A stretch of 64,000 bases of DNA from Auanema rhodensis. Lineage: Eukaryota; Animalia; Nematoda. The stretch covers positions 5,704,001 through 5,768,000 of the forward strand of contig OZ059896.1 of assembly GCA_964057225.1 (NCBI GenBank), read 5' to 3'. The notes below the pieces were generated by a model. It was given only the letters and a program-made list of their open reading frames with translations. It searched no databases and was not told where the DNA came from. Within the stretch, counting starts at the first letter, position 1, and each line of letters opens with the position of its first letter. Both the position numbers and the translations under genes were made by a program. Shown here one piece after another: positions 42,955 to 54,200 of the stretch.

Positions 42955-45900
42955 GCTAAATTATTTTGAAATATTTCGAAAAAAGTTTTGTCAAAATGTT
43001 TTTGGAAGCAATGTTGAGTGTACATGGAAACTCAACATACACTAATGCATCATTTTTCATACGATCATAACTAATTTTTTGTATTAAGCTTTTCTCAATG
43101 TAGTTTAGTGCATTCGATGCGGATTTTTAAGCTGCGTAGATCTGTGTTATCAGATTTGCGCTAGCTTAAAAATGCACCGAGATATCAACTGATATAAGTT
43201 CACACTTATATCCTCGATTTTCACCCTGAAGAATTAATTTTTTCGTTGAATAACATTGTCCATCGTTTTTGCCTCGAAAAAAGGAATCTAAAAACATCTA
43301 CTTTTTGCTAAATTATTTTGAAATATTTCGAAAAAAGTTTTGTCAAAATGTTTTTGGAAGCAATGTTGAAAACTCAACATACACTAATGCATCATTTTTC
43401 AAACGATCATAACTAATTTTTGTATTTAGCTTTTCTCAATGTAGTATAGTGCATTCGATGCGGATTTTTAAGCTGCGTCGATCTGTACTATCAGATTTGC
43501 GCTAGCTTAAAAACGCACCGAGATATCAACTGATATAAGTTCACACCTATATCCTCGATTTTCACCCTGAAGAATTAATTTTTTCGTTGAATAACATTGT
43601 CCATCGTTTTTGCCTCGAAAAAAGGAATCTAAAAACATCTACTTTTTGCTAAATTATTTTGAAATATTTCGAAAAAAGTTTTGTCAAAATGTTTTTGGAA
43701 GCAATGTTGAAAACTCAACATACACTAATGCATCATTTTTCAAACGATCATAACTAATTTTTGTATTTAGCTTTTCTCAATGTAGTATAGTGCATTCGAT
43801 GCGGATTTTTAAGCTGCGTAGATCTGTGTTATCAGATTTGCGCTAGCTTAAAAATGCACCGAGATATCAACTGATATAAGTTCACACTTATATCCTCGAT
43901 TTTCACCCTGAAGAATTAATTTTTTCGTTGAATAACATTGTCCATCGTTTTTGCCTCGAAAAAAGGAATCTAAAAACATCTACTTTTTGCTAAATTATTT
44001 TGAAATATTTCGAAAAAAGTTTTGTCAAAATGTTTTTGGAAGCAATGTTGAAAACTCAACATACACTAATGCATCATTTTTCAAACGATCATAACTAATT
44101 TTTGTATTTAGCTTTTCTCAATGTAGTATAGTGCATTCGATGCGGATTTTTAAGCTGCGTCGATCTGTACTATCAGATTTGCGCTAGCTTAAAAACGCAC
44201 CGAGATATCAACTGATATAAGTTCACACCTATATCCTCGATTTTCACCCTGAAGAATTAATTTTTTCGTTGAATAACATTGTCCATCGTTTTTGCCTTGA
44301 AAAAAGGAATCTAAAAACATCTACTTTTTGCTAAATTATTCTGAAATTTTTCGAAAAAATTTTTGTCAAAATGTTTTTGGAAGCAATGTTGAGTGTACAT
44401 GGAAACTCAACATACACTAATGCATCATTTTTCATACGATCATAACTAATTTTTTGTATTAAGCTTTTCTCAATGTAGTTTAGTGCATTCGATGCGGATT
44501 TTTAAGCTGCGTAGATCTGTGTTATCAGATTTGCGCTAGCTTAAAAATGCACCGAGATATCAACTGATATAAGTTCACACTTATATCCTCGATTTTCACC
44601 CTGAAGAATTAATTTTTTCGTTGAATAACATTGTCCATCGTTTTTGCCTCGAAAAAAGGAATCTAAAAACATCTACTTTTTGCTAAATTATTTTGAAATA
44701 TTTCGAAAAAAGTTTTGTCAAAATGTTTTTGGAAGCAATGTTGAAAACTCAACATACACTAATGCATCATTTTTCAAACGATCATAACTAATTTTTGTAT
44801 TTAGCTTTTCTCAATGTAGTATAGTGCATTCGATGCGGATTTTTAAGCTGCGTCGATCTGTACTATCAGATTTGCGCTAGCTTAAAAACGCACCGAGATA
44901 TCAACTGATATAAGTTCACACCTATATCCTCGATTTTCACCCTGAAGAATTAATTTTTTCGTTGAATAACATTGTCCATCGTTTTTGCCTTGAAAAAAGG
45001 AATCTAAAAACATCTACTTTTTGCTAAATTATTCTGAAATTTTTCGAAAAAATTTTTGTCAAAATGTTTTTGGAAGCAATTTTGAGTGTACATGGAAACT
45101 CAACATACACTAGTGCATCATTTTTCAAACGATCATAACTAATTTTTGTATTTAGCTTTTCTCAATGTAATATAGTGCATTCGATGCGGATTTTTAAGCT
45201 GCGTCGATCTGTGTTATCAGATTTGCGCTAGCTTAAAAATGCACCGAGATATCAACTGATATAAGTTCAAACTTATATCCTCGATTTTCACCCTGAAGAA
45301 TTAATTTTTTCGTTGAATAACATTGTCCATCGTTTTTGCTTCGAAAAAAGGAATCTGAATACATCTACTTTTCGCTAAATTATTTTGAAATATTTCGAAA
45401 AAATTTTTGTCAAAATGTTTTTGGAAGCAATGTTGAGTGTACATGGAAACTCAACATACACTAATGCATCATTTTTCAAACGATCATAACTAATTTTTGT
45501 ATTAAGCTTTTCTCAATGTAATATAGTGCATTCGATGCGGATTTTTAAGCTGCGTCGATCTGTGTCATCAGATTTGCGCTAGCTTAAAAATGCACCGAGA
45601 TATCAACTGATATAAGTTCAAACTTATATCCTCAATTTTCACCCTGAAGAATTAATTTTTTCGTTGAATAACATTGTCCATCGTTTTTGCTTTGAAAAAA
45701 GGAATCTAAAAACATCTACTTTTTGCTAAATTATTCTGAAATTTTTCGAAAAAATGTTTGTCAAAATGTTTTTGGAAGCAATTTTGAGTGTACATGGAAA
45801 CTCAACATACACTAATGCATCATTTTTCAAACGATCATAACTAATTTTTGTATTTAGCTTTTCTCAATGTAATATAGTGCATTCGATGCGGATTTTTAAG

Positions 45901-48169
45901 CTGCGTCGATCTGTGTCATCAGATTTGCGCTAGCTTAAAAATGCACCGAGATATCAACTGACATAAGTTCACACTTATATCCTCGATTTTCACCCTGAAG
46001 AATTAATTTTTTCGTTGAATAACATTGTCCATCGTTTTTGCCTCGAAAAAAGGAATCTAAAAACATCTACTTTTTGCTAAATTATTTTGAAATATTTCGA
46101 AAAAAGTTTTGTCAAAATGTTTTTGGAAGCAATGTTGAAAACTCAACATACACTAATGCATCATTTTTCAAACGATCATAACTAATTTTTGTATTTAGCT
46201 TTTCTCAATGTAATATAGTGCATTCGATGCGGATTTTTAAGCTGCGTCGATCTGTACTATCAGATTTGCGCTAGCTTAAAAACGCACCGAGATATCAACT
46301 GATATAAGTTCACACCTATATCCTCGATTTTCACCCTGAAGAATTAATTTTTTCGTTGAATAACATTGTCCATCGTTTTTGCCTTGAAAAAAGGAATTTA
46401 AAAACATCTACTTTTTGCTAAATTATTCTGAAATTTTTCGAAAAAATTTTTGTCAAAATGTTTTTGGAAGCAATTTTGAGTGTACATGGAAACTCAACAT
46501 ACACTAATGCATCATTTTTCAAACGATCATAACTAATTTTTGTATTAAGCTTTTCTCAATGTTATATAGTGCATTCGATGCGGATTTTTAAGCTGCGTCG
46601 ATCTGTGTCATCAGATTTGCGCTAGCTTAAAAATGCACCGAGATATCAACTGATATAAGTTCAAACTTATATCCTCGATTTTCACCCTGAAGAATTAATT
46701 TTTTCGTTGAATAACATTGTCCATCGTTTTTGCTTCGAAAAAAGGAATCTAAAAACATCTACTTTTTGCTAAATTATTCTGAAATTTTTCGAAAAAATTT
46801 TTGTCAAAATGTTTTTGGAAGCAATTTTGAGTGTACATGGAAACTCAACATACACTAATGCATCATTTTTCAAACGATCATAACTAATTTTTGTATTTAG
46901 CTTTTCTCAATGTAATATAGTGCATTCGATGCGGATTTTTAAGCTGCGTCGATCTGTGTCATCAGATTTGCGCTAGCTTAAAAATGCACCGAGATATCAA
47001 CTGACATAAGTTCACACTTATATCCTCGATTTTCACCCTGAAGAATTAATTTTTTCGTTGAATAACATTGTCCATCGTTTTTGCCTCGAAAAAAGGAATC
47101 TAAAAACATCTACTTTTTGCTAAATTATTTTGAAATATTTCGAAAAAAGTTTTGTCAAAATGTTTTTGGAAGCAATGTTGAAAACTCAACATACACTAAT
47201 GCATCATTTTTCAAACGATCATAACTAATTTTTGTATTTAGCTTTTCTCAATGTAATATAGTGCATTCGATGCGGATTTTTAAGCTGCGTCGATCTGTAC
47301 TATCAGATTTGCGCTAGCTTAAAAACGCACCGAGATATCAACTGATATAAGTTCACACCTATATCCTCGATTTTCACCCTGAAGAATTAATTTTTTCGTT
47401 GAATAACATTGTCCATCGTTTTTGCCTTGAAAAAAGGAATTTAAAAACATCTACTTTTTGCTAAATTATTCTGAAATTTTTCGAAAAAATTTTTGTCAAA
47501 ATGTTTTTGGAAGCAATTTTGAGTGTACATGGAAACTCAACATACACTAATGCATCATTTTTCAAACGATCATAACTAATTTTTGTATTAAGCTTTTCTC
47601 AATGTAATATAGTGCATTCGATGCGGATTTTTAAGCTGCGTCGATCTGTGTCATCAGATTTGCGCTAGCTTAAAAATGCACCGAGATATCAACTGATATA
47701 AGTTCAAACTTATATCCTCGATTTTCACCCTGAAGAATTAATTTTTTCGTTGAATAACATTGTCCATCGTTTTTGCTTCGAAAAAAGGAATCTAAAAACA
47801 TCTACTTTTTGCTAAATTATTCTGAAATTTTTCGAAAAAATTTTTGTCAAAATGTTTTTGGAAGCAATTTTGAGTGTACATGGAAACTCAACATACACTA
47901 ATGCATCATTTTTCAAACGATCATAACTAATTTTTGTATTTAGCTTTTCTCAATGTAATATAGTGCATTCGATGCGGATTTTTAAGCTGCGTCGATCTGT
48001 GTCATCAGATTTGCGCTAGCTTAAAAATGCACCGAGATATCAACTGACATAAGTTCACACTTATATCCTCGATTTTCACCCTGAAGAATTAATTTTTTCG
48101 TTGAATAACATTGTCCATCGTTTTTGCCTTGAAAAAAGAAATCTAAAAACATCTACTTTTTGCTAAATT
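42953..48169 (-). repeat. Satellite A in inverted orientation: 15 monomers (341, 342 or 351 bp), divergent subfamily
   Basis: Reverse complement of the 351-bp monomer, e.g. GATGCGGATTTTTAAGCTGCG and TTTTCACCCTGAAGAATTAA. The landmark GCATCATTTTT lies at 43047, 43389, 43730, 44071, 44422, 44764, 45115, 45466, 45817, 46158, 46509, 46860, 47201, 47552 and 47903. Confidence 0.98.
45700..48169 (-). repeat. 3-monomer higher-order repeat (1043 bp = 351+351+341) in the inverted A block
   Basis: The 10-bp deletion occurs after 46138 and 47181. The CTGACATAAG allele recurs three times at 1043-bp spacing (about 45962, 47005, 48048). Start boundary is approximate. Confidence 0.8.
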
Positions 48170-48172
48170 TCT

Positions 48173-48233
48173 AAATCTAATTTTGAAAACCGCATCTCTT
48201 TATCTTTCACGTGAAGCGAGTTACATACCAAGT
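48173..48233 (-). repeat. 61-bp inverted fragment of satellite B; forms an inverted repeat with 48262-48321
   Basis: AAATCTAATTTTGAAAACCGCATCTCTTTATCTTTCACGTGAAGCGAGTTACATACCAAGT is the reverse complement of the B segment ACTTGGTATG...AAATTAGATTT. It is preceded by a TCT filler at 48170-48172. Confidence 0.95.
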
Positions 48234-51200
48234 ATGCTAATTAAATGTACACGTGATGTGCACTTGGTATGTAACTCGCTTCACGTGAAAGACAAAGAGA
48301 TGCGGTTTTCAAAATTAGATTCCCCATGTCCATATTAGTCTAAAAACAAATTTTTATTGATATTGGTTCATGGTAACCATGACTTTGAAATTTACGTGAA
48401 CTTTAATTTATGCTAATTAAATGTACACGTGATGTGCACTTGGTATGTAACTCGCTTCACGTGAAAAATAAAGAGATGCGGTTTTCAAAATTAGATTTCC
48501 CATGTCAATATTAGTCTAAAAACAAATTTTTATTGATATTGGTGCAGGGTAACCATGACTTTGAAATTTACGTGAACTTTAATTTATGCTAATTAAATGT
48601 ACACGTGATGTGCACTTGGTATGTAACTCGCTTCACGTGAAAGATAAAGAGATGCGGTTTTCAAAATTAGATTCCCCATGTCAATATTAGTCTAAAAACA
48701 AATTTTTATTGATATTGGTTCATGGTAACCATGACTTTGAAATTTACGTGAACTTTAATTTATGCTAATTAAATGTACACGTGATGTGCACTTGGTATGT
48801 AACTCGCTTCACGTGAAAGATAAAGAGATGCGGTTTTCAAAATTAGATTTCCCATGTCCATATTAGTCTAAAAACAAATTTTTATTGATATTGGTGCATG
48901 GTAACCATGACTTTGAAATTTACGTGAACTTTAATTTATGCTAATTAAATTTACACGTGATGTGCACTTGGTATGTAACTCGCTTCATGTGAAAGATAAA
49001 GAGATGCGGTTTTCAAAATTAGATTCCCCATGTCCATATTAGTCTAAAAACAAATTGTTATTGATGTTGGTGCATGGTAACCATGACTTTGAAATTTACG
49101 TGAACTTTAATTTATGCTAATTGAATTTACACGTGATGTGCACTTGGTATGTAACTCGCTTCATGTGAAAGATAAAGAGATGCGGTTTTCAAAATTAGAT
49201 TTCCCATGTCCATATTAGTCTAAAAACAAATTTTTATTGATATTGGTGCATGGTAACCATGACTTTGAAATTTACGTGAACTTTAATTTATGCTAATTAA
49301 ATTTACACGTGATGTGCACTTGGTATGTAACTCGCTTCATGTGAAAGATAAAGAGATGCGGTTTACAAAATTAGATTCCCCATGTCCATATTAGTCTAAA
49401 AACAAATTTTTATTGATATTGGTGCATGGTAACCATGACTTTGAAATTTACGTGAACTTTAATTTATGCTAATTAAATGTACACGTGATGTGCACTTGGT
49501 ATGTAACTCGCTTCACGTGAAAGATAAAGAGATGCGGTTTTCAAAATTAGATTCCCCATGTCAATATTAGTCTAAAAACAAATTTTTATTGAGATTGGTG
49601 CATGGTAACCATGACTTTGAAATTTACGTGAACTTTAATTTATGCTAATTAAAAGTACACGTGATGTGCACTTGGTATGTAACTCGCTTCACGTGAAAGA
49701 TAAAGAGATGCGGTTTTCAAAATTAGATTTCCCATGTCCATATTAGTCTAAAAACAAATTTTTATTGATATTGGTGCATGGTAACCATGACTTTGAAATT
49801 TACGTGAACTTTAATTTATGCTAATTAAATTTACACGTGATGTGCACTTGGTATGTAACTCGCTTCATGTGAAAGATAAAGAGATGCGGTTTTCAAAATT
49901 AGATTCCCCATGTCAATATTAGTCTAAAAACAAATTTTTATTGAGATTGGTGCATGGTAACCATGACTTTGAAATTTACGTGAACTTTAATTTATGCTAA
50001 TTAAATGTACACGTGATGTGCACTTGGTATGTAACTCGCTTCACGTGAAAGATAAAGAGATGCGGTTTTCAAAATTAGATTTCTCATGTCCATATTAGTC
50101 TAAAAACAAATTTTTATTGATATTGGTTCATGGTAACCATGACTTTGAAATTTACGTGAACTTTAATTTATGCTAATTAAATGTACACGTGATGTGCACT
50201 TGGTATGTAACTCGCTTCACGTGAAAGATAAAGAGATGCGGTTTTCAAAATTAGATTTCCCATGTCCATATTAGTCTAAAAACAAATTTTTATTGATATT
50301 GGTGCATGGTAACCATGACTTTGAAATTTACGTGAACTTTAATTTATGCTAATTAAATGTACACGTGATGTGCACTTGGTATGTAACTCGCTTCACGTGA
50401 AAGATAAAGAGATGCGGTTTTCAAAATTAGATTCCCCATGTCCATATTAGTCTAAAAACAAATTTTTATTGATATTGGTGCATGGTAACCATGACTTTGA
50501 AATTTACGTGAACTTTAATTTATGCTAATTAAATGTACACGTGATGTGCACTTGGTATGTAACTCGCTTCACGTGAAAGATAAAGAGATGCGGTTTTCAA
50601 AATTAGATTTCCCATGTCCATATTAGTCTAAAAACAAATTTTTATTGATATTGGTGCATGGTAACCATGACTTTGAAATTTACGTGAACTTTAATTTATG
50701 CTAATTAAATGTACACGTGATGTGCACTTGGTATGTAACTCGCTTCATGTGAAAGATAAAGAGATGCGGTTTTCAAAATTAGATTGCCCATGTCCATATT
50801 AGTCTAAAAACAAATTGTTATTGATGTTGGTGCATGGTAACCATGACTTTGAAATTTACGTGAACTTTAATTTATGCTAATTAAATGTACACGTGATGTG
50901 CACTTGGTATGTAACTCGCTTCACGTGAAAGATAAAGAGATGCGGTTTTCAAAATTAGATTCCCCATGTCAATATTAGTCTAAAAACAAATTTTTATTGA
51001 TATTGGTGCAGGGTAACCATGACTTTGAAATTTACGTGAACTTTAATTTATGCTAATTAAATGTACACGTGATGTGCACTTGGTATGTAACTCGCTTCAC
51101 GTGAAAGATAAAGAGATGCGGTTTTCAAAATTAAATTCCCCATGTCAAGATTAGTCTAAAAACAAATTTTTATTGATATTGGTGCAGGGTAACCATGACT

Positions 51201-54200
51201 TTGAAATTTACGTGAACTTTAATTTATGCTAATTAAATGTACACGTGATGTGCACTTGGTATGTAACTCGCTTCATGTGAAAGATAAAGAGATGCGGTTT
51301 TCAAAATTAGATTCCCCATGTCAATATTAGTCTAAAAACAAATTTTTATTGATATTGGTGCAGGGTAACCATGACTTTGAAATTTACGTGAACTTTAATT
51401 TATGCTAATTAAATGTACACGTGATGTGCACTTGGTATGTAACTCGCTTCACGTGAAAGATAAAGAGATGCGGTTTTCAAAATTAGATTTCCCATGTCAA
51501 TATTAGTCTAAAAACAAATTTTTATTGATATTGGTGCAGGGTAACCATGACTTTGAAATTTACGTGAACTTTAATTTATGCTAATTAAATGTACACGTGA
51601 TGTGCACTTGGTATGTAACTCGCTTCACGTGAAAGATAAAGAGATGCGGTTTTCAAAATTAGATTCCCCATGTCAATATTAGTCTAAAAACAAATTTTTA
51701 TTGATATTGGTTCATGGTAACCATGACTTTGAAATTTACGTGAACTTTAATTTATGCTAATTAAATGTACACGTGATGTGCACTTGGTATGTAACTCGCT
51801 TCACGTGAAAGATAAAGAGATGCGGTTTTCAAAATTAGATTTCCCATGTCCATATTAGTCTAAAAACAAATTTTTATTGATATTGGTGCATGGTAACCAT
51901 GACTTTGAAATTTACGTGAACTTTAATTTATGCTAATTAAATTTACACGTGATGTGCACTTGGTATGTAACTCGCTTCATGTGAAAGATAAAGAGATGCG
52001 GTTTTCAAAATTAGATTCCCCATGTCCATATTAGTCTAAAAACAAATTGTTATTGATGTTGGTGCATGGTAACCATGACTTTGAAATTTACGTGAACTTT
52101 AATTTATGCTAATTAAATGTACACGTGATGTGCACTTGGTATGTAACTCGCTTCACGTGAAAGATAAAGAGATGCGGTTTTCAAAATTAGATTCCCCATG
52201 TCAATATTAGTCTAAAAACAAATTTTTATTGATATTGGTGCAGGGTAACCATGACTTTGAAATTTACGTGAACTTTAATTTATGCTAATTAAATGTACAC
52301 GTGATGTGCACTTGGTATGTAACTCGCTTCACGTGAAAGATAAAGAGATGCGGTTTTCAAAATTAGATTTCCCATGTCCATATTAGTCTAAAAACAAATT
52401 TTTATTGGTATTGGTGCATGGTAACCATGACTTTGAAATTTACGTGAACTTTAATTTATGCTAATTAAATTTACACGTGATGTGCACTTGGTATGTAACT
52501 CGCTTCATGTGAAAGATAAAGAGATGCGGTTTTCAAAATTAGATTCCCCATGTCCATATTAGTCTAAAAACAAATTGTTATTGATGTTGGTGCATGGTAA
52601 CCATGACTTTGAAATTTACGTGAACTTTAATTTATGCTAATTAAATGTACACGTGATGTGCACTTGGTATGTAACTCGCTTCACGTGAAAGATAAAGAGA
52701 TGCGGTTTTCAAAATTAGATTCCCCATGTCCATATTAGTCTAAAAACAAATTTTTATTGATATTGGTTCATGGTAACCATGACTTTGAAATTTACGTGAA
52801 CTTTAATTTATGCTAATTAAATGTACACGTGATGTGCACTTGGTATGTAACTCGCTTCACGTGAAAAATAAAGAGATGCGGTTTTCAAAATTAGATTTCC
52901 CATGTCAATATTAGTCTAAAAACAAATTTTTATTGATATTGGTGCAGGGTAACCATGACTTTGAAATTTACGTGAACTTTAATTTATGCTAATTAAATGT
53001 ACACGTGATGTGCACTTGGTATGTAACTCGCTTCACGTGAAAGATAAAGAGATGCGGTTTTCAAAATTAGATTTCCCATGTCCATATTAGTCTAAAAACA
53101 AATTTTTATTGATATTGGTGCATGGTAACCATGACTTTGAAATTTACGTGAACTTTAATTTATGCTAATTAAATGTACACGTGATGTGCACTTGGTATGT
53201 AACTCGCTTCACGTGAAAGATAAAGAGATGCGGTTTTCAAAATTAGATTCCCCATGTCCATATTAGTCTAAAAACAAATTTTTATTGATATTGGTGCATG
53301 GTAACCATGACTTTGAAATTTACGTGAACTTTAATTTATGCTAATTAAATGTACACGTGATGTGCACTTGGTATGTAACTCGCTTCACGTGAAAGATAAA
53401 GAGATGCGGTTTTCAAAATTAGATTTCCCATGTCCATATTAGTCTAAAAACAAATTTTTATTGATATTGGTGCATGGTAACCATGACTTTGAAATTTACG
53501 TGAACTTTAATTTATGCTAATTAAATGTACACGTGATGTGCACTTGATATGTAACTCGCTTCATGTGAAAGATAAAGAGATGCGGTTTTCAAAATTAGAT
53601 TCCCCATGTCCATATTAGTCTAAAAACAAATTGTTATTGATGTTGGTGCATGGTAACCATGACTTTGAAATTTACGTGAACTTTAATTTATGCTAATTAA
53701 ATGTACACGTGATGTGCACTTGGTATGTAACTCGCTTCACGTGAAAGATAAAGAGATGCGGTTTTCAAAATTAGATTCCCCATGTCAATATTAGTCTAAA
53801 AACAAATTTTTATTGATATTGGTGCAGGGTAACCATGACTTTGAAATTTACGTGAACTTTAATTTATGCTAATTAAATGTACACGTGATGTGCACTTGGT
53901 ATGTAACTCGCTTCACGTGAAAGATAAAGAGATGCGGTTTTCAAAATTAAATTTCCCATGTCCATATTAGTCTAAAAACAAATTGTTATTGATGTTGGTG
54001 CATGGTAACCATGACTTCGAAATTTACGTGAACTTTAAATTATGCTAATTAAATGTACACGTGATGTGCACTTGGTATGTAACTCGCTTCACGTGAAAGA
54101 TAAAGAGATGCGGTTTTCAAAATTAGATTCCCCATGTCAATATCAGTCTAAAAACAAATTTTTATTGATATTGGTGCAGGGTAACCATGACTTTGAAATT

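Noticed and set aside
42955-48232. Transposable element insertion
   Set aside because: There are no terminal inverted repeats, LTRs, poly(A) tail, coding capacity or clear target-site duplication. The insert is purely satellite sequence.
48250-48258. Yeast CDEI match (ATCACGTG on the minus strand) in each B monomer
   Set aside because: It is only an 8-bp match, with no CDEII or CDEIII arrangement. Budding-yeast point centromeres are not tandem arrays.
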